Assembly: GCF_964355755.1 (NCBI RefSeq)
Contig: NC_092674.1
Coordinates: 7,254,001-7,318,000 of the forward strand
Source of the DNA: Antedon mediterranea
Taxonomy: Eukaryota; Animalia; Echinodermata
Length of the DNA stretch: 64,000 bases
Direction: 5' to 3'
Shown here: one piece after another, positions 49,301 through 60,508 of the stretch
How the letters are laid out: every line of letters starts with the position of its first letter
Position numbering within the stretch: the first letter of the stretch is position 1
The notes under the pieces: generated by a model
The model's input: only the letters and a program-made list of their open reading frames with translations
Databases searched by the model: none
What the model was told of the DNA's origin: nothing
Made by a program: the position numbers and the translations under genes

Positions 49301-52111
49301 TGCAACGCCAGCCTTTGCCGCCGCTGCGTTTTGTGCTTTCCATGTTGCATCAATCCTGCTTTTAACTTTCTCGTATGTTCCAGGTTGTTTGGTGGTAGAC
49401 TCAAGCGGTTTCTTTCTAGGAGGAATCAAACTTTTCCTTTCAGTGGATTTCTTATTTTCCTTCCAGGAAGTTGGTGAGTAAGTTTTCCTATTCAGGTTAT
49501 CTCCGCTTCCTTGCGATCCAGAACCATCTGTGTCAGCTTTTTCTGTGAATGTTTCGTTATGAGGTTTTTTATCAGGTTTATCATGTTTGGTATTGACTGA
49601 CGGCCTAAGTAATCTACTTGTCTTGGACAGTTTATTGACCGCATCTGATGTAGAATCACCTATGTGTTTCTTAATTGTAGTCTTAGGTTGTTGTAAAGTC
49701 CTTTTTCTAGGTAGCTTTGAGTGTTCTACTCCAACTTTATCCTTACACACTGGAAGATCATTGTTATTCTCTTCATCATGGGCCTTCTCCTTGGAAGATA
49801 ATTTTCTCTGACTACTTAACTTTGGATCAGCAACCATTGTCATTTCAACTTCTAAAACGGTTGACAATTCGGATCTTGAGTTTTTCTTGCTGCTACTTTG
49901 GGAATTACTGCCAGAATCCATTTTTACCTCCTTGCTTCCTGAGGGACAATCAGTAACCATTGCCAAATCAGAAGATTTTGCAGATTGCGTTTCCATCGAC
50001 ACTTCACTGTGGACTTCCTCAAGGCTCATTCGTTTTATGTCTTCTTCCAAACTCATTGGTACTTGTTCCACAACGTCGCATGTCTCCATTTGTATTTCCG
50101 TTTCTACAATAGTGTTCCCTTTGGCAGGTGTTTTAAAGTAGGATGGCATAGTTTCATTATATTGGAAATGTTCGTCTTTGATAGGAGTTGAAGAATGCAA
50201 GAAATTGCCCTTAGAAAGTTCTTGACTTAATTTATGCGCTTCTTTGAAGAATTCTTCAGCGAAGTCTTCAGGTATATCATCTATTGCTTGCTTTTCATTC
50301 TCACATTTGTCATTTTCATCTAACTCATAAGTTTGGTTCATTGATTGCTTGACATCTTTTATGATGTCCATGGTTTTATTCATTTCGAGAGTTTTTTCAA
50401 CAACAAATGTCTTTTCTTCAACATCATTATTTCCAGCAGCAAACTGAACAGCATCCAATGTTACATCTAGAGAGTTGGCATTGTTATTGTTCCTTGCTGG
50501 CAGTGTATAACTGTCATTGCCTATTGCTCTACTAGCTTCTTCCATTTTACTATTCTCTTGTTTGTCATCAAATGAGTCGGATAAAAACTCTTCTTCAACA
50601 ATTGTTATTGGCTCCCAAATATTATGTTTTTCCCACTCGCGATTTGTTTCTGGGTTTTCATATAAATCAGTCTCATATGGTTCTTCTGGAGGATCTAACT
50701 CCCACAAATTTAACGTATCACTTTCATTAAGTGCTTTTGCAAACTCAACTGGCGTTAAAAGATCAAATTTCCAACGACCGCTTGGGGAGTCAAGAAATGA
50801 AGGAATTGCAAGAAACTCGCTGAACTCACCATCCTCGTTTACATCAAAAGCGAAAGAGTCTATATCCAATGTCCTTGGCTGAATATCTGCCAGTGGTACA
50901 GTTGGTGATTCACCTAAAAGAGGACCCTGATACTGATTGGAATTTTCTTCCGATGTCTTACGAACGTCGTCACTAACTTTTGGTTGCAGACTAAGATCCT
51001 CCAGCTCAATTAATTCAGAAGAAACATTAGGTTGAGTATCTTCAAACGTGTTGTTATTAACATGACAAGCAAACTCGTTTCCTTGTGAATTTGATGGCTG
51101 AGTCTTTGAAAACACTAAATCAATATTTGCGAAACTACTTACAACCTCCTTATCATCCTTTCTTGAACGTTCAAATTTATGTGAAGAAGAGAAAGTATTT
51201 TTCTTTGGTGAACTAGAATCGAGTGGTTTTAAGCGAGATTTGAATTCACTAATTTCATCTGCAGATTGTTCAGTTAAATCGGTAAAACTTGGTATAGATT
51301 TGAGTCCTTGAGATGTAGAACTTAGATATGGTTTGCATAAATCGTCTTGTAATTTATCAAAATATACTTGCTTTGCTGTACAAGACTCGCTATTTGTCGA
51401 ATTTAACGTCCTTTTTTTGTTACTATCTTTTAGAAATTCATTCACTGTGATTTTCTTTTCCACAGGTGCTATGCTACTGACGTGAAAACTAATCTTGCTG
51501 TTTGCAATTTTCTCAACCGGTGATATTTCCACTCGGTAAACGTCTTCAGTTTTTTCAGGATTTGATTTCCTATGAAAGACTGGCAAAGTTTTTGGTCGAG
51601 GGACCTTTGAATTGAATAAAGAATGCGATAGTTTCCCAGCAAATTTTGAAGAATTGTTTTCCTTTGAAAAAGTTTTTAATTTGCTTGAGGGATAATCAAA
51701 AGTTTTGTTTTCTTCCGTATTTGTTGGTGGGCAATCCGGTAACCCAACGTCTTTTTTATTAACAAAGTAAACTTTACTAGCGAGAATAAATACGCCGTGA
51801 TTCTCTTCACATTCAAAATATTGCACACCATCAACGTTACCGTCGTGTTTACCAATTGGTTCTTGCAGATGAATACCAACCCACGTGCCTGCTGCAAAAT
51901 GCGTAGTTCCTTTATATTTTAACGTGCCGATACGATGATCCTCTGTACACACTGTATCTCCAATTTGAAGGCCACGATGGATGGTTGGGGAAGTCGGGGA
52001 CAGATGAGGTAGTTTCTTTTTTTCCGGGGACTTCAACAGCGTTGTGTTGATTTTCGGAGGAGGCAGATGGGATTTCCGATTCACAGGAAGCCGCGTCTCT
52101 AACTGGGCAGA
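28071..52111 (-). CDS. MTUS1/2: MTUS1/MTUS2-family microtubule-associated scaffold with N-terminal CAP-Gly domain, gene span (13 exons, 4722 nt, 5' exon not fixed)
   Basis: C-terminal motifs [48 protein letters not shown] and GFDALAILLQH match the MTUS/CCDC69 family. CAP-Gly GKHDGNVDGVQYF. All junctions are GT-AG and in phase. Confidence 0.85.
28434..28586. mobile_element. Degenerate Kolobok-type MITE
   Basis: TTAA|AGATGTATTTTTCC ... GGGGAAAATGTCT|TTAA. Confidence 0.55.
28781..28878 (-). CDS. MTUS1/2: MTUS-like exon
   Basis: LEVIPEQEEKIKKYERRIEELTVIVGKKVDFE(R). Phase 0/2. Confidence 0.88.
29016..29389. repeat. Imperfect tandem duplication, about 190 bp x2
   Basis: TTGACTTGA(A/G)AAACTTTCACT and GCTACTGCTATTGTAGGC each occur twice. 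Confidence 0.7.
29428..29547 (-). CDS. MTUS1/2: MTUS-like exon
   Basis: [40 protein letters not shown]. Phase 0/0. Confidence 0.9.
29984..30262 (-). CDS. MTUS1/2: MTUS-like exon
   Basis: LSDQSEQNHH...LQKDSDEKLQ|gtaaaa. Phase 0/0. Confidence 0.88.
30290..30525 (-). mobile_element. Penelope-type short element (pseudo-LTR-like) with hammerhead motif, copy 1
   Basis: Reverse-complement homolog of 62150-62397. Confidence 0.7.
30414..30455 (-). ncRNA. Minimal type I hammerhead ribozyme motif
   Basis: UUGCA-CUGAUGA-A-GGGC(UAUUGUU)GCCC-GAAA-GC-UC-UGCUAA. Confidence 0.65.
30615..30670 (-). CDS. MTUS1/2: MTUS-like exon
   Basis: VTQQTEDIDLLHKRYKRE|gtaagt. Phase 1/0. Confidence 0.85.
30868..30998. 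mobile_element. Harbinger-type MITE family A
   Basis: AGCTCTGTCTACACTATCAAAC ... GTTTGAAAGTGTAGACAGAG. Confidence 0.85.
31141..31299 (-). CDS. MTUS1/2: MTUS-like exon
   Basis: TLTEEKLKLEEDQEILKEQHEEKIEKLKQAHKQSLEDMEDTLNGRHSREMNE. Phase 1/1. Confidence 0.88.
31509..31590 (-). CDS. MTUS1/2: MTUS-like exon
   Basis: MDVFSCSDLKRNIKDLEMKYKDTYELA. Phase 0/1. Confidence 0.85.
32155..32400. repeat. Degenerate minisatellite (ATGGGGACATGTGATT)n
   Basis: GGGGACA motif recurring about every 16-17 bp. Confidence 0.7.
32436..32671 (-). CDS. MTUS1/2: MTUS-like exon (start of coiled coil)
   Basis: EEIKRLEALCESRTKELNLTKMQLKNGLTGFDALAILLQHLTND. Phase 1/0. Confidence 0.9.
32719..32956. mobile_element. Harbinger-type MITE family A with six internal 21-bp repeats
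   Basis: TAA|AGCTTTGTCTACA ... TGTAGACAGAGCT|TAA, with (ATCAC[A/T]ACCATATTTGGGCAC)x6. Confidence 0.88.
33920..34432. repeat. Imperfect AT-rich tandem repeats, about 120-145 bp units
   Basis: ATAAATGTTTGTAATTTTAG and GCAGATTGAAAC..TTTTAGAATAATTA each recur three times. Confidence 0.7.
35750..35832. repeat. 18-bp minisatellite (GATGATAATGATGTTGA[T/C])n
   Basis: About four units read directly. Confidence 0.85.
37400..37546. repeat. 13-bp minisatellite (TTTTGTTGACATG)n
   Basis: About ten imperfect units. Confidence 0.85.
37761..37877. mobile_element. MITE family A, truncated
   Basis: Family core plus a GATAGTGTAAACAGAGCT end. Confidence 0.7.
38352..38535. repeat. Perfect 92-bp tandem duplication
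   Basis: AGATAAATAATAATATTG...GGAAGAAACGTAA occurs twice. Confidence 0.9.
39445..39945. repeat. Tandem repeat (130-160 bp units) overlapping an exon 3' end
   Basis: GGATGAAACTCAAGAAT occurs four times and AATTCTCACCTTTTAAAT three times. Confidence 0.8.
39936..40022 (-). CDS. MTUS1/2: MTUS-like exon
   Basis: taacag|CT CAA GTA ... TTA AAA G|gtgaga. QVKKDCGNVVSSLTGKKKLSTKKNVHLK. Phase 1/1. Confidence 0.65.
41369..41530 (-). CDS. MTUS1/2: MTUS-like exon
   Basis: FKEEGNKKKVSTLPKSRLVKPSAGTSKVPLSK...QPDI|gtaaga. Phase 1/1. Confidence 0.85.
42249..42520. mobile_element. MITE family A with three 21-bp units and an AT-rich insert
   Basis: TAA|AGCTTTGTCTACACTATCAAAC ... GTTTGATAGTGTAGACAGAGCT|TTA. 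Confidence 0.88.
43563..43866. mobile_element. Harbinger-type MITE
   Basis: Imperfect TIR ATCTGCATTCTCATCGCGCC / GGCGCAATGTGAAAGCAGCT with TTA flanks. Confidence 0.6.
43921..44083. mobile_element. Harbinger-type MITE
   Basis: TTA|AGGATT..CTGTGAATGGAT / ATCCATTCATAGAAGCCT|TAA. Confidence 0.5.
45862..46232. mobile_element. Harbinger-type MITE
   Basis: TIR AGCTGATTTTC / GAAAATCAGCT plus a subterminal GTTTGCGCGAAT / ATTCGCGCGAAC pair. Confidence 0.7.
46671..46778. mobile_element. Short Harbinger-type MITE
   Basis: AGGCTGGTTCACA ... TGTGAATCAAGCT|TAA. Confidence 0.5.
47067..47225. mobile_element. Harbinger-type MITE
   Basis: TAA|AGCGGGTTCCCACTTGGATGCA ... TGCATCCAAGTGGGAACCAGGCT|TAA. Confidence 0.8.
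47564..47608 (-). CDS. MTUS1/2: MTUS-like 45-nt microexon
   Basis: ttacag|CT AAA CCA TTA AAA AGG AGA GCA ATT CTA CAA TCA GCG AAT AAA A|gtaagt. Phase 1/1. Confidence 0.65.
47812..48035. mobile_element. Tc1/pogo-type MITE remnant
   Basis: ...AGAACCCC / AGGGGTTTTACTG|TA ends with internal AATAGG(G/A)GTGTC repeats. Related fragments near 41320, 41926-42050, 48410-48512 and 53397-53495. Confidence 0.55.
48123..48296 (-). CDS. MTUS1/2: MTUS-like exon (Ser/Arg-rich)
   Basis: TSSRGFTKKPKAVKRSESMRERR...SGSPE|gtaaat. Phase 1/1. Confidence 0.85.
49162..52111 (-). CDS. MTUS1/2: MTUS-like giant exon, 2950 nt, containing CAP-Gly at about 51767-51970
   Basis: ttacag|TCT GCC CAG ... ACA G|gtaaac inside the 1064-aa ORF. 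IGDTV..GTLKYKGTTHFAAGTWVGIHLQEPIGKHDGNVDGVQYFECEENHGVFI. Confidence 0.92.
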
Positions 52112-52726
52112 CTGTAAAGATAAAAACAAAAAAATTGTAAATAAACAAAATTTTAATTTTGAAAATTCTAATGAGAAAAGCAGAAAAATGGTACAAAACC
52201 TTACACAATACAAAGTATCAACACCCATTCTATTAAGATAATTCTACAGGTTATTGATCAAATAAATAAATTATATGTATCCAAATCGAACAATGTAGAA
52301 ATCCATTGGTTTGTTCAATAATATGTTAATGCCATACAGTAGCAAATCTACAAATGAGAGTGTCGATATTTGCAAAATTATTGTAGGCTGTTGTAGACTC
52401 GGTACTGCCTTCTTTGACCTTCCCTACCCAGCAGACAGAAACCTTATCAGGAGCTACAGAAATAAGTATAAAAAGCTTTAATGAACTACGGCTGGAGATA
52501 AGCATTTGAATTCGTGCAGAAGGGACATTTCTATTTCCGATATCATCTGAAGTTAGAATAGAAAACCCTTGATATTGCTACAATTATCGCAATTCAAGAA
52601 ATATTCATTTTGTTTTAATATATTTGCCATATGATATATATTATTGTAACACTAACAAAATGTCTACAGTTAGTCTCTATAAGTCTCTAAGATATAAATA
52701 CATTATTTGCCAAAAAAGAATGGCAA

Positions 52727-52928
52727 CAGGCCTTGTCTTTTAAAAATTATAGGTGTGCTACAAATTGCACTCCTCAATACATTCAGGGGTGCTGTAGGTG
52801 TGCTGTTTGTATTTTGATGTGTAGAAGTTTACCAAATTTAGGCGTGTTGTAAATCGCACTCCTCAAGGGCAGTTTAGGAGTGTGTTAGGTGAGTGATCGC
52901 ACTCACTCGCCTTAAAAGACAAGACCTG
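52727..52928. mobile_element. MITE with CAGG termini, hAT-like
   Basis: TIR CAGGCCTTGTCTTTTAA / TTAAAAGACAAGACCTG with internal GCACTCCTCAA repeats. No clear TSD. Confidence 0.55.
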
Positions 52929-55087
52929 ACTGATGACAATTAATTAAATATAATTTCCTTTTTATACAATGTGTTTTTTGAAAAACAAAAAATAAATGTA
53001 TGTATTGTATGTTTAAGAATATACTGTATTTTTGCTATGGGCATTATATTCTAATCAAATATAATAAGATCCAACATTACATTATATAGCATTTGAATCA
53101 CACTTTTTCTCTAGGGCAAGAAAAAGAAATTTATTCATCATAAAAGCAATTTATAATATAGCACATCAATATTATGACTGACACTGCTGTGACACACTCA
53201 TTACTTACAGTATGTCACCATGGAAACTGTTTTGCCCAAGCCTTAAGGCTGGATGGGATGCAAGATAAATTGAAGATTATTTAGAAAAATTACCAGAATG
53301 GATAATCGGATATAATTTAGAAATAATTAGATTATGAAATAATATTTAAATAAAATTCTAATTAAAAAAGAAATGATTCATAAAATATGGAACTTATATA
53401 GTAGAACCACTATTAAGGAAATCAAAGTATTGGTGTCCTCCAAAATAAATATTTCTTCTGCTTCCTTTCACAGGAAAAAAAGTGCCCCTTTAACATTGTA
53501 GGGTGGGAGGAAATTGCTAGTAAAAAACATTAATATTATTTATAGGCTCATGGGGTACAACAAGGGGAAATATTACAAAATATGACCACATTTCTATTTG
53601 CAGTTCTGCCAGAAAAAGACTACTACACTGTACTACTTCGCTATTTTTCACAAGAGGTCATTTGGAGCTAAATATAACGTTTGATTGTTCAGAATGAAAA
53701 GTTTAACACACAAAATATCACACAATGAATATTACAACTAAAGGCTGTTGATTGTGCACCATTTTCAAAGGATAAATCCATTGAATATATATAACAAAAT
53801 CATTATTGTATCATAAAAACGCAAATTTGAATTGTACAAGTTCAGGAAGGTCATCAATAATCTATAAAAAAATAACACCTTGCCTTACTTTCCGGAAGAT
53901 AACTCATTGTGAACTATTTAATTATTTAAATTCAATTGAATAACTTAATTTAATTATTTGTTCACTATCTAGTCATTGTTATAAGATAAAATCAGATTTT
54001 TTTTTAAATCCAGCAATAATCCTATAACACTATCCCTTGCCTTATTTTCCAGATGATGGATCATTGAAAAGTATTCAATTGTTAAATCTGTTGAATTTCA
54101 TAACTTGTATTATTATCCTAAACCCTTAGTTATTCGCACTATCTATATCATCATTGTTAACGGCTATATTTTGAAATTCAAATATTTGTAATGTTATACA
54201 GTATATAAAATAAAAATAAATAAAATGGTTACAGAAAGATACTGTATTGTACAAAGTATCAATCTTTCTTTAATTTGCATTGATCGTATTTTGTAAAATT
54301 TGTGATATTTCTGGCTGCAATATTAACAGTAATATTAAATAAACACAATGTTCAATCTATTACAATATGTAACAATTTTTGCTTTTGTAAAAATTGTTGA
54401 TATTTCTCAGTGGATTCAGCTATATCATCAATTCAGCTATATCATCAATTCTTTAAAATTGGATACAAAATTCTAAATATTCTTGATAAAAACAATGTTG
54501 AATTTTGGAAAATGGTCTTACAACCATTTTATTGAAAAAAATTCAGATTGTATGGAAAAAAATTGGTACATGGATGGGATTCGAACCATTTACCTCCAGG
54601 CTCTTGCACACAGAGTGAGTACAGTATCACCAAAGAGGAACTATTCCTCCATAGTAATACTAATAGTGTATATTTATATTTATTTATAAAATGGGTACAT
54701 ATTCTCTATGTAAACAGTAATAGGAGGTGCTACTGGGAATATCCTACGATTTCCAGCTATCTGGCGCTCAATAAAACTCAGCTTGACTTTGTCCTTAACA
54801 CGAGTTTCAATTTCTGATTTATAACAAGTTCTAATATTTAATGTCTATTTTAGGAATTTGTGACATAAGCACTTACAGAGAATGAATCTTTCGTATTGAA
54901 CGATTTACTGTATCAATAAGTCTACCGTTTTTCTCTCTCTCAAATTTGTATTACCGGTAATCTAGTTTATAATCATAACGAAAAACAGTATTGTGATAAA
55001 ATATAATTGTAATTTATACTAATAAGTATTAAGTATTAAGTATATCTTAACATTATTACTCAGATTTGTTAAATGTTTTTAAACTAA

Positions 55088-55243
55088 AGTTCTGTCTACA
55101 CTATCACATTTTATGTGACAAAAAATGAGCTGTGCCCATATATGGACATGATATGTCATATCACGACCATATTTAGGAATATCACTACCATGTTTGGGTA
55201 CACACTTTTTTGGTCAAACTAGTTTGACAGTGTAGACAGAGCT
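55088..55243. mobile_element. MITE family A
   Basis: AGTTCTGTCTACACTATCA ... TGACAGTGTAGACAGAGCT. Confidence 0.85.
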
Positions 55244-57116
55244 TCATGATCACACAAACACACAATTTCACATGCAGTACGTCAAATTTATATTATAATA
55301 TCGTATGTTGTTATTTTTTATAGGAGTGTACATGAAAGATATACTTCTTCACACAAAACGACATAAAGTATGTACATGATAGCAATGGAAAATCTAGGTC
55401 TTGTTGAGTGAATGATGTATGACATTAATGTATTAGTATACATTAAGATTAATGGGGTATACATTATTAATAAGATGATTAAGTATAGGTTCTTGGTTTG
55501 ACTCGTTTTCAACTGTCACTGAGACGAACTGATGTACCAAACACCTACTTATCCACTAGCTGGACATTGGTATTAAGATTGGGTCTAAGTATTAGGTGAC
55601 CACTCAGGAGTGAATCAATGTACCAAAATAATTTGATACTAGTTATAAAAAAACCATTTTCAATCTCGCCACTGTTTAACCTTCTCCTCAATGAATTTCT
55701 ATACTCTTAGTACATATTAATACAAGCTGATTTAATACATAAAACCATTAATGAGACAAAGTGAGGTTTTACTATATCTTTCTATAATAAATTAACGCTG
55801 CTAAAACATAATGTACTTAAAATTCTGATTAGCCTCATAAAAATATGATATCCAATGATATCAAACATAGTAACAAATATAACACTAAATATACTTATTC
55901 TTATTATTAACCATTATACACTACTACTAATATATACAATTTTGTTATTTTTCAAACTAAATATAATAATTTACATATAATATAAAAAAGCATACAAATA
56001 ATTAAAAACTCACAATCATTGCTACAGCGAAACAAAAATAACATGCACAATCAACAACATCCTTTGCGTATTAAATGCATTATAATTTTATATCAATATT
56101 CCAGGCCTAACTCTTTTATTATCATGTGTAATTCAAACAGCTGCGTGGCTGGCTGTATGTACTACTACTGGTAGTAGTTATAATAATGGGTGTAGCCTAA
56201 AACCACCAGACAAGTCTTTGCTATGATGAGTCACTAATAATACAACCATAGTTATTGTATCCAATAGGATATTAAATAGGATATATAATGTTAAGCTGGT
56301 AGACACGTTTCATGAAAATGCAATAACTCTAGGTTTCCAGTATGTTGTATATCATCATGAAGGTTTATTTAAACAATAATTATACTGCAGTTACTGCAGT
56401 AACTACACCAAAACAAAAAGTTCCATAACCAAACTTGGATATAAAAAGGACTGAATTTAATTCTCATTTCTGGAATTATAAATTATAAATTGGTTTATAA
56501 CTGGCAACAAGCTTTGTATATTTATCCAAACAATTATTTATTGTTTAAAAATTCAATATAATTTATAAGCAACAAGCTATCAATTTCACCTCTTTTAATC
56601 TGTCCATCATGATAGTTGTGTTCAGTACTGTATACAACAAATCACTGTTTACATAACAAAATAAACATTTACATTTGATGTGCTATACAGTACTTCAAAG
56701 GAAGGATGTCTAACAGCATCAAGTACATGAATACTGATAAGGAAACACAATACAAATATTAGTTTTGGCTGAGAACTTGGAATTCTGTAATCATGATTAC
56801 AATTTAATTAAACTAAAGGTAACACAAAAACCTGTGTCTACTATCTTCAACAATCAACAATTGTTGTAATATTTAAAAGTACAGCAAAACGAAACAGAAC
56901 TTTTCAAAACAGTTGACCTATTTTCGTATTTAAACTGGAGCTACACTGTGGGATATAATTGTTTAAAAGTAAAGGAATTTTTCATGGGTTTTTGGCACCT
57001 AACAATTTTGAATAGATCTACCTTTTTTAAGGAAAGAATTTACTATCATTCATAAAAACAGTGTTACAAAGAGTGTATGGATGGTATGGCAGATTTAACA
57101 CTAATAAAGTACTTAC

Positions 57117-57137
57117 TATATTAAGTGATCCAGCCAT
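57117..57137 (-). CDS. Candidate start exon of the MTUS-like gene (MAGSLNI)
   Basis: gccATGG context, ATA|gtaagt donor. Phase 0 matches the acceptor at 52111. One of several candidates. Confidence 0.35.
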
Positions 57138-58716
57138 GGCCAAATCAAAACGTGTATTAGGGGAAATCTGGTTAAATTTTCTTTTTGAAGCAAGTTCATT
57201 CACTTATACTTGAATATTGCTGCGGATTAAATCTATCAAGTTGACCATGACTGTATCACAGAAGAATTATTGTTTTTTTATATAGGAATCTACTACTTGA
57301 CATAAATGTATTAACAAACAAAATTTGAGATAGATGGTATTATATGATACCACTCATATCATTGTTCAATTTTGAGTGTAAAATAAACTGACCAGTTTTC
57401 ATAAATATATGAATCTCTTGGATGAATCACTTGGAAGGAGCGTGCTCACCTCATTTTACAGAAACAAATGAACTTGTTGATATGTGTTTATGACAGACTA
57501 AAGTAATATTATGTTAGAGCTGCCTCGTTTAAAAAATCCTGGATCCCAGGAATCCATTAAATACTGATTTATACATTAAATACAACAGTGCACTGGCATT
57601 TAATTTATTTTCAACAGCTGATAATAATTATTTAAAGAAATTTTAATATTTATTTATTCATTTATTTTAACTTGTGATCCACCCACTCTGAGCATTTACT
57701 GTAGAATTTCATGTTTATCAAAGAAAAAATTATAAATTAAAATTATTTTTGTATACCACTTTAATTTATACTGCATTGCAGTAATTAAAATAAATGGCTG
57801 CCATATCCTTTGTACATAAAGGTTAATCATTGGTTAATCATTGTTGACCTTTTTGAATCAATATACTTTACTATTATTTATATAGGGGGTACTTAGAATA
57901 TTAAACAAAAATGATAAACAAAAATACAGATTTACAGAGATTTGGAATAATAACATTTATTTAGTCAGATAATAAGAGAATAGGCTAAAGCCCAAAAGAT
58001 TCTGCACTCACTCCATATTATAGTTTAAAACAACAAAATAAAAATACCTGATTATCTCAACTTACAACACTATTTTCCCAGTATCATAAGAAAATTCTGT
58101 ATTACAGCATCACATGTGTATCACATGTGTTGCCTGTATCAAAGTTAAGTTAATGTTTAGATTATTGTCTATGATAGGCGATACATGTGAAACACATGAT
58201 GGTATATTACAGAATTTGCATGACACTGGAGAAATCCAGAGGAATACATTGAAATTATGTATTTTTATAATTTTATAAAGACAATTATTCTTGTCTGTTT
58301 TACGACAATTTGTAAATGTCAATATATGTCAGTTAGTTTGCTCTTTATATTATTATGATTTTTAAAATATGACCTTTAATTGATGATAGCTAATTTAAGC
58401 TATGAAGGAAAATTTATGATTATGATATGAAATGATCAGCCCACACAATCTAAATTTGTCTGTTATAAAGTTTACGTATGAATGCGTTAAATGTATTTTA
58501 CTTTGCATAGCAAATTTAATACATCAAGTCGGCTGAGGATTAAAGTTATTACAATTATTATATTCTGTATGGTGTACATGTACGTGAATATGAGCCAGCC
58601 ATTTCACTTTGATTTGTACTGTAGCTATGATACATTTTGGTCGTTGGTTTAAATAGACTATAAGGAGGTGAATTTGGCCAACTATGTTTATGGATATCTT
58701 CACATGTACAGCGTAA

Positions 58717-58900
58717 AGGCCAATTTACACAGACGAGCAGTAACGGTAATAAAGATATATAGTATCTATGTTATTCCTTATTATAACGCATAATGCGGAG
58801 CAGACGGGCGGGTTCCGCTTAGATACAGATTCTACGTGGGACAAGCTACGCGGTTTTTTCGCTTAATGTTACCGCTCGCCTGTGTACAGTAAATTGGCCT
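58717..58900. mobile_element. Harbinger-type MITE
   Basis: AGGCCAATTTACACAGACGAGCAGTAAC / GTTACCGCTCGCCTGTGTA[CAGTA]AATTGGCCT. Confidence 0.75.
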
Positions 58901-59403
58901 TTGAGGCTATAATATTAGGGCAGGCGTTTATGTGAAACTACCCTTTCTTGAGCGAGGTATTTTTTTTTTTTTTTTTTACTTTCCTGCTTTGTTTTTGGTT
59001 GCCTACAAACCCTTTCCCCCTCCTTAATCTTAGTTGTGTACAGTAGATTATAACAACATGGATCACTTTGAATAAAGAAACATATTTATTAGGTTAAGTA
59101 ACCAACTCTCCCCATCACCTACAACATTTCTATAAAATGATCATTAACTATATCTCCAAATGCAATTACTGATAAATGCAGACGAAGATATACAAGAATA
59201 ATGTAGACAGACGTCATCTTATCCTGGATGTTAATAATGTGATATTAATGATGACTCATTTACATTTAATGATGAATAGTGAATATGAAGAAGAAGACAG
59301 TGAACATAACGACAACATGTTATCTTGTAGTAGATATTTGATTAATCTGCATGTTTTTGTGCTATTGTACTATAGCTGTTTTTTAAATTTAAATTTTCCA
59401 TTA

Positions 59404-59522
59404 AGTTCTGTCTACATTATCAAACTTTATGTGACAAAAAAATGTGATGTGTCCATATATGGACACGATGACATCACATCACTATCATATTTGGGCATAT
59501 CACTACCATATTTGTCAGAGCT
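59404..59522. mobile_element. MITE family A, internally deleted
   Basis: TTA|AGTTCTGTCTACATTATCAAAC ... CAGAGCT|TTA. Confidence 0.75.
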
Positions 59523-60364
59523 TTACAAACAAAGGTTAGGAGCGATATCAAGCAAAATATGTCAGTGGGCAAGTAAAGCGCAAGACAGTAATTTTAATTC
59601 AAGCGTAGGATAGAAATTAATAATTATTTAAATAAAGAGTATTATTTGTTTTTATTGTTTATTTTCGAAATAATATGAGAAAAATATTCAGAAAGTGGGA
59701 TTTAAAAAAAAAATGTTTATATACAAACTGTTTATGTACAGTATACTATAGTATAGTTTTTGAAAATTAATATACCAATATAAAATAAATTATAATACAA
59801 ATCAATAAATAGAGTACAATATATTTCTAGTAATGTTCAATTTGATCAGAAACAACATAGGAATAAGGGGATTATAACATTAATGTTTTGAATACATATT
59901 TGGAATATTCTTGTATAAGTTCTCTATAAATAATTAAATACAGGAATCTTTTGCAGTTACCAAAACATGATGTTAATATTATGCGCATTTTTCTTTTGCC
60001 TATTCTGAATGTTCTCACGAATCTTTTTTTTTCCTGTCTAGTATTTATTGATACTATTCAAGCTATGCCACTGATCTGATTAATACATGGTTGATAATGA
60101 TTGATTAACAACAATAACACTGATGTTTGGAAAATTTTCATAGCAATAATTGTGTGTGTGAACATGATAATTGTGGTCACGTGCAATGTTACCTTAAGCT
60201 GATCTGAATCATATCAGAGTTTATACAATCATGCTCCATTAACTCTCATATCTTTGTGTCGTTAATTCTGATATAACTCGGATGTACCTCTGATAGCTTT
60301 CAGCGTTACATCCGATGTAGCGTTAGACCATAAGTTCAAATGTAGAACAAGATAAACACCTCTA

Positions 60365-60508
60365 AGCTCTCTCTACACTATCAAACTAGTTTGACAAAAA
60401 ATATGGTAGTGATATGCCCAAATATGGTAGTGATATGACATCATGTCTATATATGGGCACATCATTTTTTTGTCACATACTGTAAAGTATGATAGTGTAG
60501 ACAGAGCT
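60365..60508. mobile_element. MITE family A
   Basis: AGCTCTCTCTACACTATCAAAC ... GATAGTGTAGACAGAGCT|TAA. Confidence 0.85.

Noticed and set aside
49034-52228. The 1064-aa ORF as a stand-alone intronless gene with hydrophobic termini
   Set aside because: The hydrophobic ends are intron read-through. Splice sites at 52111 and 49162 delimit the exon.
58110-58322. ISPVSCKFCN...H peptide resembling the C-terminal zinc knuckle of L1/Tx1 LINEs
   Set aside because: Too short and degenerate to call without a profile search.
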